Shown here one piece after another: positions 13,200 through 26,419 of a stretch of DNA of 64,000 nt. The first letter of the stretch is position 1. Every line of letters starts with the position of its first letter. Source of the DNA: Fimbriosthenelais zetlandica (Eukaryota); the NCBI GenBank assembly GCA_977030845.1, contig OZ365115.1, forward strand, positions 11,222,001-11,286,000. The letters run 5' to 3'. The position numbers and the translations under genes were made by a program. Under the pieces are notes generated by a model, which did not search any database, was not told the DNA's origin, and worked only from the letters and a program-made list of their open reading frames with translations.

Positions 13200-13560
13200 T
13201 GTGCCGCGCGCATCGCATAGCAACACTCACGGGAACGCATCACAACGTCACTTCCGGCGACGTGAAGGTATGCGCAAGAGACATAAGAGTGATGGGCGGG
13301 CGCCTGAACATCATTTATCTTCAGAATTAATCCCGTTTAAATCAGGGAGAAAATTTGCAGAGCAGCTATTTGGACATTGCGGGAGACGGGTGAAATGTTT
13401 TCGCCGCTGGAGGGAAGGAGATTCCGAGGGAGGGGTCTGCCATTTTGTGGGCATTTCTCAGAGAAATACAGCCAGGCGTCTTGGCAACAAATCGGCCCCA
13501 ATCTCCGGTTGGTAAATGCGATTGGTGCGAGCAGGAGGACTCGGGAGAAATGAGCGAAAT
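13200..13560. promoter_or_regulatory. CpG-rich core-promoter-like island
   Basis: RFX-like CATAGCAAC 13216 and CTTGGCAAC 13480, ETS ACTTCCGG 13250, TGCGCA 13271, GC box 13294, YY1-like GCCATTTT 13439, CCAAT 13498/13521. Confidence 0.5.
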
Positions 13561-15589
13561 GAGAGCCCAATCATACATGAATGGTACAGCCCCAAAGTCG
13601 GGCAGTAGTAAATGAAATCAATAGAAAGTAATCAAAGGGGGTGGATGGGGAGGAGGAGGTCGGGGTGAGGGGAGTCTCGCCAGCTGCTGAGGCTAGAGAC
13701 TGACATGTACAACATACAAAAACACGGTGGACTACTCTCACCCACTGCCCATTCAACAAGCCCGCCAAAACTTGCCAATTTGTACAAATTGTCGTCTGCT
13801 AAAGCTAGGGCGATCTATCGGCCAGCCGCCATGTTTACCACGGGACTCTATTAGCAAGAATCCAGCCCGAACAAGTCACGGGAAATTAGACCTCCACTCC
13901 CCACTCATACTAACTCCCAGCCCAAGGGGGAGGGTCCCCCACACGCCCCCGACCCGACACTCAAAGGCAAAAGAAAAAAGTTACCCCGGCCCCCCTTCTT
14001 TTCGAGTATCCATGGGACGGTGGAGGAAGCTGGAGTAATACCGCAGCAATGGTCAATGTCAATGCTGATTGGACAAGGTGGCTGGATTCCATGGAGAGCT
14101 CTCAATGCGCATGGGCAAATGAAGTTAGTTATTTCCGGTGTCGGCGGGATTAGGTTATGAATTAACATTTTATCCTCTGAGTGGTGGCGCAAAGGATTGG
14201 CTGGACACGAGAAGGCTGCGGCAGGGACGGATGAGGGGCTGTTTTAAAGCTAACGAACAGTATGGCTTATTGTGTTTTTTTCACTTCTGAAATTTATAAA
14301 TGGTACGTACCCAAGCACTTTAAGTGAAAGTTTGACCAAAGTTCAGAAAGAAAGTTATCATGCTGATTTCAAAAACGATGTGTAAAAAATGCTTGGGCCC
14401 TAGAAAAGAAAACATAACTACTATGCATGCACCTTCCTGAACATCTATATATGAGGTAATGTGAATATGCAGTATCTCATTCCCTATCTCATTTTGAGGG
14501 CAACTTTCTGGTTTTGGGGCTTGGAAAACGAAACGACTATTCATGTTCATACATTGATTAATACCTTACAAGAATTAACCATAAAATATAAATGTATGTT
14601 CACCATATGGCTACGGGAGAATGGGCAGTGTTGCAGCGGACAAGTGCAGTCTACTCCAACTATTAGGTAATGCCATTAAACTTATGTGCTGAGTCGTAGA
14701 CAGGGCGAGAGTGGTACATGATAGAACTGGGGGATTGTTGGTGGCGGGTGAGTAGGGAACGTGGTAAGGGGGTCGCAGGAACAAGGTGGACACCGAAGAG
14801 GCATATCTGAGATGGGTAGTTCTTATGATAGCCTGAAGGGGCGCTGATAGCAATGGTGGGGAGAGAGGGGAGAGCATGTCAGGCCATTAGTGATCATGTT
14901 GGAAACATGTAAGGGTAATGTTGGTTGGTGATGGGGGCTTGGCGAGCGGGAGCGCTATCTATGGCTCGAATCATACCGGTCTGGACAAGGAAAACCTGTA
15001 TTTGTATCCAGAATCTGACCAAAAGGGCAGAAGTTTTCTCCTATTCCTATTGGAATTCAATTATGAAACAGCATTATGAAACAACCTAATTTATGCATAA
15101 GAGACGTTCTAATACAATACTCGAATTAAGTATATGTAGGTAAGACTGTGCTAAAATCACCTCTAGAAACCCAGACAGATCTTCGACAGGGGGTGGGGGT
15201 CCTGACCACCTGGATTATCCCCTTGGATCCACCCTTGAGGCCTTGAACACAGACAGAACACCGGAGTGATCTGAGTCGGCCAGCGAAGTGTCATCATTCA
15301 CAGGAATATGAGGGATAATTCAGCCCTCCTGTTGCTTAATTCTGCACGTTCCCTCTCCGTCAAGAGTAGAAACATGGAGGCCAACAAAGCCAGGAATCCA
15401 TTCTTGCAGGGACAAGTCTAAGTAGGGCCACCTGTTGAGCATTAGTGGAACTTTAGGCAGGGCCAGGGAGCTCGGGTTACAGAAAGCTGGCAAAAAGCAC
15501 TTTGGTGCTGGCTAAAAAGCCAGAAGGGAAGCTTAATTCCCAGCCTGGAGTGACTGGCACAAGGTGGGATTTACTGGTTTAACATAAGC

Positions 15590-16090
15590 TGAGAGCGAGG
15601 GGACGAGGGGAGGGATGGAGGGAAGTGGGGATATAGAAGATGGGGAGAGATGGGTAGGGGTGGGGAGCGAAGACATGTAGGGATGGATTGGCGAAAAGAA
15701 GGATGGAAGGGAAGAAGGGAAGGATACGGAAGGATGAGAGTAATGCAATGATTAGAACAAGATGAAAAAGAGACAGGGGAATGACACCAAGAAAAAAGGA
15801 GCAAGAAGAAGAGTAAGAAGATCAGGAACAAGACAAGCGAACAAGAAAGTAACCAAAGGAATTGACGAAAGCTAAACAAGTGAAAAGGAACAAATTACTG
15901 TAAGAGGGAGCAAAATAGCTAATGGCAAAGACAAAGTATAGAAGAGAGAAAAGAAGATGTAGAAGAAAAAGTCTGTGAACACTTATACAGGAAAATACTA
16001 ACCATGTTCCTAAAATGAGAAGTAGTAAGAGGATGTCATACGGAAAGAACTAAGCAGAATAAGTGGAAAGGAGAGAAGTGTAGAACCGAC
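15590..16090 (+). repeat. Long aperiodic purine-rich tract
   Basis: About 500 nt dominated by G then A; it explains the spurious Leu/Phe/Ser/Pro-rich minus-strand ORFs here. Confidence 0.75.
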
Positions 16091-16859
16091 TAACACCTGG
16101 AGCTACAAGGTTTTATCTTACTTCACAGGGAGGACTAAGGCAAAGGGGGGGAGGGCAAGACTGGAATACATCACTCAAGTGGTTCCTTAACTTTTTAGCA
16201 CTGACTCAAAACCTGAACGCATACAGGTGGCAGCAACCATTTTTGATGTACTTCAGGTGCAAGCAAAGTGAATGAGCACACAGCAAAAAAGGTTTAAGAC
16301 ATCTCCTGCCTCAAGTCATTATTTATACTATTGTGCAATTATCTAAGCTAATGAGGACTTCAATGCAAGAGTTCAAAGATTAATGATGCGTTTGGGAATA
16401 GGGTATAAGGAAAAAAATACAGTTTATTTCAACGCGGACCACCTGCCAGTTTGAACACGCCTAGTAATTCCGATGATCTCAAATTATTTTGCATTTCCCG
16501 AAAAGATGAAGTCCAGGGATCTCTTTGGATGACATGCCTGAATGGACTCGAGAACATTTCCCAGGGGTTAAATTTGCAATTGATGGCTGCATTAATTGAA
16601 ATTTTAACAAAGGTTTCCTAATACACAAATGTACATGTTTTCAGGTCTCATGTGAGCCTGTATGAAATGAAACACAGTTCTTCTGCATGATCCTAACCCC
16701 GAACCTGCCTAATTAAGATATCAGAAGAAAAGATGGAAGAATAAAAGGCAAGGAAGTCTGCCAAATATGGTCCCAGGCGTCTATATGCAAATTAACCCCA
16801 GGGAGGAGAACCAATAGGAAGATCCCTGACAACCGCCGTGGCTAACAGACAAAACAAGC

Positions 16860-17110
16860 CCGGGGATGAGGGAGGCAGGTGGTAAGGTGGGAGAAGGGGT
16901 GAGAAGGTGGCATGGGTGGGGGCAAGGGCAGGATAGGTGAAGATATGGCAATATGAGGGGAAATAGGATAGAGAGGGTACGAGTGGATGACCAAGAGAAA
17001 CAGATGAAGAAAAAAAGAGGCCAATTGGATCTGTACTGGATGAGGAGTTGGAAGGAAAAGCAAAACGATTTTGAAACAGAAATGGAAAAAACAAGTGGCA
17101 AAAATAATAC
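16860..17110 (+). repeat. Purine-rich tract
   Basis: G-rich then A-rich low-complexity sequence. Confidence 0.65.
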
Positions 17111-17359
17111 TGAATAATTATGACTTCTAGGCATGCCATTAGAAGGAAATATGACGCAGAGGAGAGGCAGACGATTTTAGATGTTCACAAGGTTCCTTTA
17201 CAAATCAAGAGACAAATTGTAGTATCTTGCATTGGTGGAACTGAAAGAGAAAATCGAGAAAAATCGTAGGGCATAATTGTCACTGGTATAGGTAGAGTAC
17301 ACAGTCTGATCATGATCAGGCAGCACCCAACTCTGATGATCCAGGACGAGGCTGGGCGA

Positions 17360-17555
17360 GGGTCACGTGATCCACAGGGTCAGCGCTGATTGGCTGACAA
17401 GCATGCAGGTCCCGCGTCTGTGAGTCAGACTTAGACCACCAGGGGTGTTGGTGTAGGTGATGGGGGCAGTGATTGGATGTTGTCAGGCAGGCCAGCCAAT
17501 CAGCTAGCGACACGTGTAGGGATAATGCGGAATTACAGACAAAGCCAACCAATGA
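17360..17555. promoter_or_regulatory. E-box/CCAAT regulatory island
   Basis: GTCACGTGA 17362, CTGATTGGCT 17386, GATTGG 17471, AGCCAATCAG 17494, CACGTG 17511. Confidence 0.35.
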
Positions 17556-17594
17556 GATGGCGAGGTACACTGTGTGTGGGGGCGGACGCAGTAT

Positions 17595-17825
17595 ACTGGT
17601 ACCGTGTTGTAACTGGTACCTAGTCTGTCACAACTGGTATCCTGGCCCTAATTTTACTAACTGGTACCCTAGCCATGATTGTCCTGACTGGTACCCTGAT
17701 ATTGATTATCCTAACTGGTACCCTAGCTGGCACTGATTGTTTTGACCCTGCCCTTGATTGTCTGAACTGGTACCATGGACGTGGCTTTCTTAACTGGTAC
17801 CATGGTGCAACTATTGGCTACCACT
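17595..17825. repeat. Degenerate ~27-bp minisatellite with conserved ACTGGTAYC core
   Basis: Cores at 17595, 17612, 17633, 17660, 17687, 17714, 17766 and 17793. Confidence 0.8.
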
Positions 17826-19386
17826 TTTTATCAACATCCGAATGTTTAGCTAGAAGTGAACTAATAACAAATGCGACCAGCTCATTTTTCAGACCAGTCG
17901 GTATAGTCTCTCGGTGGCTGCAATATATTTCCAGTAGGCCCTACCATTGTTCCACCAATTTGTCAACTACAATATTACATGTTAAGTTACATAAGGTAGC
18001 TATTTAATTGTGAACTAGCGGGTATAAAACACCTCACTGTATAAAATACCTCACAAGAACGAATTCCACGTGGAAGCAATCTTGGGAGTAAATTGAATTG
18101 TTGATTTATGAATCTTTATTAAGTTCATCACTCACGCTCTGTGGTGGATGTGGTAGGTGTGGGGTGGTAGGAGGCTATATTAATACTATAAATCACTATT
18201 ATACACTACCAGTCACTTCATTAAACACCAATATCTAACTCCCTGACAGAGCCCCCTATGTGCCTTTACTCAGTACCAAACTGACAAGAGAAATCACCCA
18301 CTGCGTCTGGCCATTACAGACCATGACGTTAATTACTTCTTGATTAAATATTTGTTATATGTATGGGTATTTAGGACATTGTGTTTAGGGACATTTAGAA
18401 GTGAAATGTAAATTTTATGATAATATAATCCAATCCATTATAATGCATACATGCTGCTTCCATGCACTCAAAACCTGAAGAAATGGCGTATGGTTAGTGC
18501 CCAATTAAAGGAAAGTGAAAGAACGTTATTCAGAAAATTAATGATATAATCACACCTTTTAGATTACTCTGTTTTAAGATCCTATACACGCCAATTTCAC
18601 ATACCATCACCTCTAAATGTGTATTATATATATAAGTATGTCTTTGCACCTTCCACTTAGTCACCGTTTCTTTACTTTCCTTCCTCTTGGTCATTTTTGA
18701 CCACCCTTCCACCCTCGGTCGTGATTCATATTTCTGATCATGTCCCTGCCCTTCACCCCTGACCTATGACCTGTCTCTCATCCCTTTGTGTATTAATGTC
18801 AGGTAGGACAAATAATATTCATGATTCTGGTGCTGAAAAAGGCTACATAACCTAATTTCTCCTATCTGGGACTAATATGATTCCAGCATTTCCAGTCACA
18901 AAAAGCTTTGTTGTAAATAATGTCAGATGTGGAAAGGTACCAGCTCAACTTTGAAGGAAAAAATTGACATAATAAAAGGAGTAAAGGGGCATATTTCTTC
19001 TTTAGCAAAAGGGCCACTTTTTTAAAGTAAAAAAGACTTGATAAAGGTGTGACTGTAAGAATGAGGTTATAGGTCCTCGACCCACTTTGGTTGCGAGTGC
19101 CTCCTCAGCACTCCCCCAACCTGTCAGGGGTTGACTGAGGTACGAGCAGACAGGACTGAATTAAGGGTTGGATTTGGTACAGACTTGGTCAATGAGCCAT
19201 AATGCACAAACCTGGTTAGTGGACTGACCACTGTAATGCATGGTGGACATTCAGCTGGATCCACGGCTGTGTCCAGGCCCAACTGGAGAAAACAACATTC
19301 CTTTTATTAAATGCTACCTTCATATTTTCCTTCTGAACTTGTTTTGCCACCTTTATAATGTATGAATTCGCGATAGCTTTTATTTC

Positions 19387-19472
19387 GGAGCGGATCCAAG
19401 ACTTTGGATATGGTGGGTATGAGGTATAGGAAGTGGGTCCTGTTTCCCATGGCCCCCCTCTGGATCCACCCA
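19387..19472. mobile_element. MITE-like element with GGATCC-containing terminal inverted repeats
   Basis: GGAGCGGATCCA ... CCCCCCTCTGGATCCACCCA; the ends are imperfect reverse complements. Confidence 0.45.
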
Positions 19473-20152
19473 TGGCTTTTCTAATTCCAATTTCACATTG
19501 TTTAAAGCTGTGAACCTATGGAAATATTTACCGGAAATCCCCCAATAAATCCTCAAATGGAATATCATCGGTTTCCACAGTTCAATGAAGCTGTCCCCCT
19601 GAAGAAGCCATGCAGTGGTTAGAAACCTTTCTTTACGATCTTTCTTTATGATCGTGATTTAATATGATTCGCAGCAGCAGTTTATTGACATGTTTCTGTG
19701 ACATACCACACAGGGTCTTTATATTATAGTGATAGCCAATAACATCATAACCATGACCGACCTCCTATATATCCTTCTCCCTAATTCACATGCAAAGCGG
19801 AGTCTACCTTCCACCTATATACCGCTGACTTCCTCAATACTGCTTCAAAAAGAAACCGGAAATGAGTGTCTAGAGGTCGGGGGTAAAGCGTCTTATTAGA
19901 ACTGTGTGTGTGACACATAATGACAAATCTAGTTTTCAATCTCATATTAATCACGAATGTCCATGCAGGGCTCCACCCAACCCAGAGAGCTCAATATACA
20001 TGATGTGGCTTTCTGCTACATTTCTTGTTGAAGCATATTCTGTCTTAAATCTCTCACACTGTCTCTCTCTTGAAACTCTCAAGCTGTCTCTCACTTCCAT
20101 CTCACTGTCTCGTTATCGGTCTCTCGTTTTTGCTCTCTTTCTCGTTCTTGCT

Positions 20153-20177
20153 CTCACTCACTCACTCACTCACTCAC
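20153..20177 (+). repeat. (CTCA)6 microsatellite within a CT-rich tract
   Basis: Read directly from the sequence. Confidence 0.85.
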
Positions 20178-22276
20178 TTCCTCCCTCCCCCCTCACTCCC
20201 TTGCTCTCCTTCTCTCTCGTTCTCTCACTCGCTTTCTTTCTCTCTAGCCTTAATCAACTACCAATGAAATTGCCTTGGTCATAAGAAGTAGCCGGTATCA
20301 CTTGGACTTTATTTCCTTCGGTATTCTAAACGGAAATGGACTGAAACAATTTTGAATTGCGCTCTTCTTTCATTCACAGGGTGGTTGTCAAATTCGTGAA
20401 TCCAGTGCTGACAGACATGCATTCATGCCAGAAAAACAAATCTCATTTTTTGGGGCAATACTCTCAGCAGTAATTGGATAGAGAGCTTATGGCAAGTCTA
20501 GCCAGAACGATCAGTTCATTTCAGAGTCAGAACCCCTCGTCAGAGAGATGTAGTCCTTTAAAACATGGTGTCGATTCATCACGTGCTGTCGTGTTCTCCC
20601 AATTATGTCTTGTGTCATGTTGACGGCTATCGGACTCGTACGCTGGCCACTTCAGGCAAATTTACATCCACTGGCTACTTTTACCCGACCCTGGCCCACC
20701 TTACTGGAGGGCCATGATACACTACCACAGGCCGGATATGGTCCCCACATGACCCGGTAGTTCAAACATGACCTTCACCCTAGACCCGTGGCCTTGACAT
20801 TGCAACTGCAACTCCATCTATCAACGGTTTATTTACTTGTGTTTGGCGGTTGTGGGAATTACGCGGGGAAAGACGGAAACTGGTCGGATTGGAAATGTCC
20901 ATCATTCAAAACTGTTTGGAGGAATATTGCTAGGTGGTGTCAGCGGGGTCAGAATTTAGATCACGTGACAGAGGAGGCAGACCATGATGCATTTGGATGG
21001 CTACTTTAGCAGTCACTTCCTGTAAGGCGGAGGAGTGAGGAAGTTGGTCTTCATGTACCTTTCTCTCCGATTACAAAGATGTATTGGGCTGTTTATTCCA
21101 GAAGTCCTATTTCCGTACAACTTTCCTTTCTGTATTTTGTTTATGAAAGAAAAAAAAACCATGGGACTATTTGGGATAATAACCAGCAACAATCAGCCCG
21201 GGACTTGCTTCATAACAATGCTTTAGTTATGAATCAGGTCCCTGACTCATAAGGTTCTTACAGGAAAATATATATTAAACAAAAGAAACTGGATGTCACT
21301 GTCCAGATGTCTTGCATATCAATTCCGGTTTCGCAGCAGCAGTGGAAACCCAGCTTTACTGTAATACAAACTGCTGTTCAGACGCAAGCTAGGATTAAAT
21401 ATTGGACTGAAACTAATTGATTTCAGCATCATTAATTAAGTGTAAACTGCTGTCGTATCAATTGACCGCCTGAAGAAACAGTTCACCTGATTGGACTGGC
21501 TTTAGTGCCCAGAGAAACACAAGATGCTCCCGCCTCTCATGATTGGAACAATAAAATGCTCCCTGAACTTGACATTTGGCCGTTCCAACCAATGGCGGTT
21601 ATAAATGGCCCGAAAAACCAAACAGTTTGACGTGTTCTTCTTAATAAAAATCTCCAAAAAGTTGTATCGTTTCATTTGATCTGGTTGGGAGTGCTTAGCT
21701 TTTAATCAAGCCAGGAATAATTTGAAAAAGAAATCCAGTATATTCATTACAAATCTGTTTTCTAGAATTTTCAATCTCATCATATCCCATTGCAATCTTG
21801 TTTTCAGTATTATAATATTCTGATAACTGGAAGGGGGGAAATACTGATTACATGACGAAATAATATGATAGCATGGTTTCAGGGGGCAAGGAAATATAGG
21901 CGTGGTAGTAATTTGTAGTAAGTGCAAGTATCAGCTTGATTTTTCTTTATTTTAAAATTGGTTTGGGTAATTATGATCCTATACGCGGCAGTTGCGGCTA
22001 TACATTGTCTGAGTGTCCGAGTCATAACACCCACTCGCAGAAGATTTCATTGGTTTACTTTGTTGATTACTCTAGTGCGATCTTTTCATCATATTTCATA
22101 GTAACACAGATTTTCTAAATACAAGGCCAGGTACAGGTACATCATAAATCGCACCCACACAGCAAAACATATCGGCTTTTCCCATCTGACAAACAGTGGT
22201 AACTATAAAGACACAAAAATAATTCACAATGTCAGGCAAGTGTCACAATAGTCATTATTGGAGTGAGTAAAGAAGA

Positions 22277-22302
22277 ACCGGAAGTCAGGAGGTACTTCCG
22301 GT
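22277..22302. promoter_or_regulatory. Perfect inverted pair of ETS sites
   Basis: ACCGGAAGT-N8-ACTTCCGGT. Confidence 0.5.
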
Positions 22303-23326
22303 GGCCACCTTTGCTGTGGCAGTGAAGGTGCTGATGGGGAGGGAGGGTGAGAACGAGCAGTCAAGAACTATTACTTGTTTATCGTTGACCTTAATTAACT
22401 ATGCCTCCTCTTTCACAGCTCCAAGTGAAGGAGGCTTAGGTGGGAAACATTCCGGACAACTTAGCTGCAAAGTATGACTACAGGACTTAAGGCAGATAAC
22501 AATATATCCGTCTAAAATTACCAAAGGGATGTATATTTTCCTCCACACATACTTGCATGACAGATTGAAAGCCTTGTTTAATGAGGTTATTTTGGGGTCT
22601 TAAAGTGACTCAAAAGAGGCAGAAATAGTATACCAAATCAAGTGGAAACCTTTGGATAACCATGAGTATTTTTATGAGTGGATTCGGCAGGGATCAGTGT
22701 CATTTCCTTCAGTATAAGCTTTCAAATGGGGAACAGTAGATCATGAGGAAGTTATGAGTGACTCAGCGTCTCCGGCACTTGACGGTGTGAAGGCATCCAG
22801 AAGGCTGACATCTATAATTAACTACATCTCTCACACACTGCCCCGGAGGTGAATAATGACTGCCTCCTGATTGGCTGTTATAAGAGACCAATCATGAGGC
22901 GCTGTCAGTGGACAAAGATGCCAACATCCATCCACTATATTGATGGTGGAAGGCATGTAAAATGTTGGTAGGGGAGCTGGGCTCAGAGGGTGGCATTGCT
23001 GGCAGTTTGAATAGGCCTAATTTGAAGTCCTTAATTTGTCATTGACACTTCTTTAGACCTTCCAGTTCTACACATGTCAGTGGCAAGTTCCTGCAGAGTT
23101 TTCCTCGTATATTTTCTTTTATGTTCGTGTAAAATATGCCTGAATCATTTTGGATTCTATGCCACGTTTGGCTGTATAGGTTGTATCTACCGGTACATAT
23201 TTCAAGATCTTATTAGTAAAACAATATATTAGTGAGCAGATATTATAATGTAATTCTGAAAATTACTGTCATGAAAGAGAGATATGCTATGAATGAAAGT
23301 GGGATATGGCGTGGGGAGGGGGTGTA

Positions 23327-23592
23327 TATTCGGATATCTCAGGAATTAATAGGAACTGACATAGGAAAGAATATACTTGCATCTCAGTGGGAACCTGGTA
23401 TAAGTTGGACTAATGCTGAGCGATAATAAGCGCAATTCTGAGAATTACTGCAGTAGTCAGTATGTTGAGCGACTGTATTCGGTATAAACAGGAATATTCG
23501 CTTATAACAGCCATACGGACAGTGACGGGAGACTGTCTGATCTCAGTGGGAACCTTGTATATAAGTCAGACTAATGCTGAGCGATAATAAAG
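23327..23592 (+). repeat. Diverged local duplication (~150-160 bp period)
   Basis: ATCTCAGTGGGAACCT...GACTAATGCTGAGCGATAATAA at 23381-23430 and 23540-23592; weaker match 23327 vs 23476. Confidence 0.75.
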
Positions 23593-23702
23593 CTAAGCCT
23601 GGGGCAGAGGGAGACGAGACAGAAGCAATTAGTGGGTAGTGTGAGGGTGGGCTGAGAGGAGAGCATGTTATTAATGGAACAAGACACGGCTGATTGACTC
23701 AC

Positions 23703-23756
23703 CTGATCACTGCACCAAGGTGTGTCTTTCCATCTCCTCACCTTCAGGCAGCATCT
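23703..23756 (-). other. Candidate micro-exon (15 nt; 54 nt with the distal donor)
   Basis: gtgtcttgcctttaag|AGATGCTGCCTGAAG|gtgagg (23756-23742); second donor CAG|gtgagt at 23703. Confidence 0.15.
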
Positions 23757-23869
23757 CTTAAAGGCAAGACACACTAGAATGGCAACCCACACTCACGGGC
23801 AAGACACTTAAACCCTAGACACACTAGTGGGCGAGAGGTATACAAGAAAGGATGAATACACATGTTGGG

Positions 23870-24047
23870 ATCCAAATTTCATGGTTGGCACAGAAATCGG
23901 CACATTTTTGGTACCAATTCTTGCACAAATTTGGATTCAGTTCCACATGTACTTTCTCACTCATCGTTCAAGAAGAGATGGTTAATGCCCGGGGATCACC
24001 AGATCATTTCTAGAGCAGTTCATTTAGTGATCTAATTTCTGTGCCAA
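23870..24047. mobile_element. MITE-like relic with internal inverted repeats
   Basis: ATCCAAATTT/AAATTTGGAT (23870, 23927) and TTGGCACAGAAAT/ATTTCTGTGCCAA (23885, 24035); the same 13-mer occurs at 2242. Confidence 0.35.
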
Positions 24048-24834
24048 TGCGTTTTATCACCTTTTAGTGGAACCCAGGTGTCAGTATGTCCTTTATGTGA
24101 GTAGATTTGGTCTGGTAGGTGTACTGTAGAGTATAATCTGCCAGTGGTATCCACCTTTATCTAGGAGCAGGGCCATGATTTATTTCATCTACACATCAAT
24201 ACCTCTCATATACCTCTATTAAGTCACCAGTCGGTCACTCACACTGCCTCTCACCCCTCTAATGAATCATCAACATAATGAAAAAGTAATGACATTACAT
24301 TAATCACATTTATCAAGGTGTATAAATGCAATAAGACATGGCAGAATGGGAAGAAATGGACGGAAATTAATTCTGTTTATTCATTTCCTCCGTGGCTTAA
24401 TGGAACCTGCCGCATGAATGGAAGCGTCATGACATGGGGCCGGCGAATCATCGTGGACGGACAAACTCCATACCCGGAATGCCATTCTCCCACAGCCGCA
24501 TCAATATGGTTCAGAATTTCAGTGTGCAATGCAATTACATGGGGAGCCTCCATAATGAGGTGGTGGTAAAAGGGTTTGGGCATGATCCGTCGCCTCCAGT
24601 CGCCACAGTCAATGCATCATCGCACGAGACGACAAGTTGAGCTTGTCAGACGACATTACACCTAAACATGGCGCATGGCAAAGAAAGGCGACTCACATGA
24701 TGGGTTTGCACACCTCCCCAATGAGGCAACCTGATTGGCTAAATAGACAGATGACGCCGGCTCCCATTGGTGATGGTAGCACACGTGATCAACACTGACA
24801 GCGTCAAAATGACCGGCATCATGTGTGTTTTCAG

Positions 24835-24899
24835 GTCTCCTTTCATGGAGAGCTTCACCCCGACCTCGCAGGTCAATGGAACTTTTCGGATGTTGCATT
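24835..24899 (+). other. Weak candidate exon (65 nt)
   Basis: tgtgtgttttcag| ... CATT|gtgagg; open frames but a weak donor. Confidence 0.1.
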
Positions 24900-25724
24900 G
24901 TGAGGTGCATGCCTGTTCCGGGATAGGATTTCTCAGTTTGGGAGAACACAGAGGGAAGGAATAGAGTTTGTGTGAATGAAAGGTAGAGATGTTGGCCAAC
25001 CACAGGGTTAATAATGGATGGCTCCACGGAGTACAATCCTGGGGTGTCGGCCATCTTGTCAACCTTCAGTTTGGTCCTGAATGCTAACAAACTTCATTCA
25101 AGACCGTACAAGGGTCATACGTGGGTATTGAATGTAGTGCTACACAGTGACTGGCATGAATACAGGCACATTTATAACTCTACAGTTATACATATTGAAC
25201 TTAATCCAACAAAAGAATTAAGCAAAAATCACATAAAATGCACGACACAGCTTAACAAGACCCTATGAGTAATGATTTATGAGGTGTTATCGAATGGCAA
25301 TGACCCGCCCACCATCATTCCCAGTTTTTAGTGACACGAACTAAAGTTTATAATGAGTAACTTAAAAAACGAAATTACAAATATTCATGAACTTGGAAAG
25401 GTGAGAGAAGGGAAGAATTAAGTTATCCGATCGTAATCCATCTCAATTCTAACCTCCTTTACATAATATCAAGCCGCGATAAGATTACACAACCATTGTT
25501 GGCACGAGAAGAAAATTGAGTTAATTCAGCTTCTGTTGGTGGGACGAGGAACATTCAATCTTACAGGGATATCCTGCATATCATGTTTTAATGAGGGGTC
25601 CTCCTGTAAAGCAATCCACCGCCTCATCGCCCTTCACTGACCCTGCTTCCTCCTGCCTCCTCCATGCGCCTCACCATGGCGACACGCCCCTCTTGTTGGC
25701 ACCGCTAACGACATTGTCTTGTAG

Positions 25725-25763
25725 TCATTAGACAAGTCCCAAGCATCAGTCAGGCGTTGTCAG
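25725..25763 (+). other. Candidate 39-nt exon
   Basis: Branch-like GCTAAC 25704, attgtcttgtag| ... CAG|gtaagg; open in phases 0 and 1. Confidence 0.2.
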
Positions 25764-26419
25764 GTAAGGTGGGGTGTTTTGTGTGGATAAAAGGCAAGGG
25801 TGGTTCTTTTATGGGGCTTCATATTTCACATGCTAACACCGGAATAACTTTACTGGTTTCGTTATAAATTACATCTCAAAAAGAAAACTTTAGCAACCAC
25901 TATAGGGCAAGCACTCGAGCTACTTTTCTTCTCTGACAGTATTGATTCTTTTAGCCCTTTCATTACACGTACACTAAGCCTGTTTCAAAGTGAATATTTG
26001 ACTTAGCATTGTCATAATGTGCTTTTGAAAAGGCTCTTGAAGTTTTCACTAATTGTTTAAACAGAAAGTGTTGTATAGACTATCGAAACTGTATGAGATG
26101 ATAACCGTATAAAAACTATACCATGGCCCTGTTGCTAGGCTGGATTGGGTTGCTAAGGACGTTGGTATGTTTCAGACAACCCTTCCATAATAGCCTCATT
26201 AGTTTCAAGAACGGCCACAAGGGGGATATGTATCCAGGTGATGCTCTAGGAAAAAGAGGATGTCAAAAAAGAGGGGAGGTATGGCGGGGGGAGTACTTTT
26301 TAAGAAATTAATGACTTCTACGGTGGTATTTCCAATGAAACATGGCACAAATTAGGCCTATATCTCAGGGGATTGGACTCAGTAGACGTATAATAATCAC
26401 TTGGTCGTATTTGGGGTGA

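Noticed and set aside
17595-17825. CRISPR array
   Set aside because: The 9-10 bp core and ~18-nt linkers are far too short, the linkers are mutually related, the context is eukaryotic, and there are no cas genes
24800-24860. C2H2 zinc finger (KGDLKTHM on the minus strand)
   Set aside because: The required CxxC and second His spacing are absent
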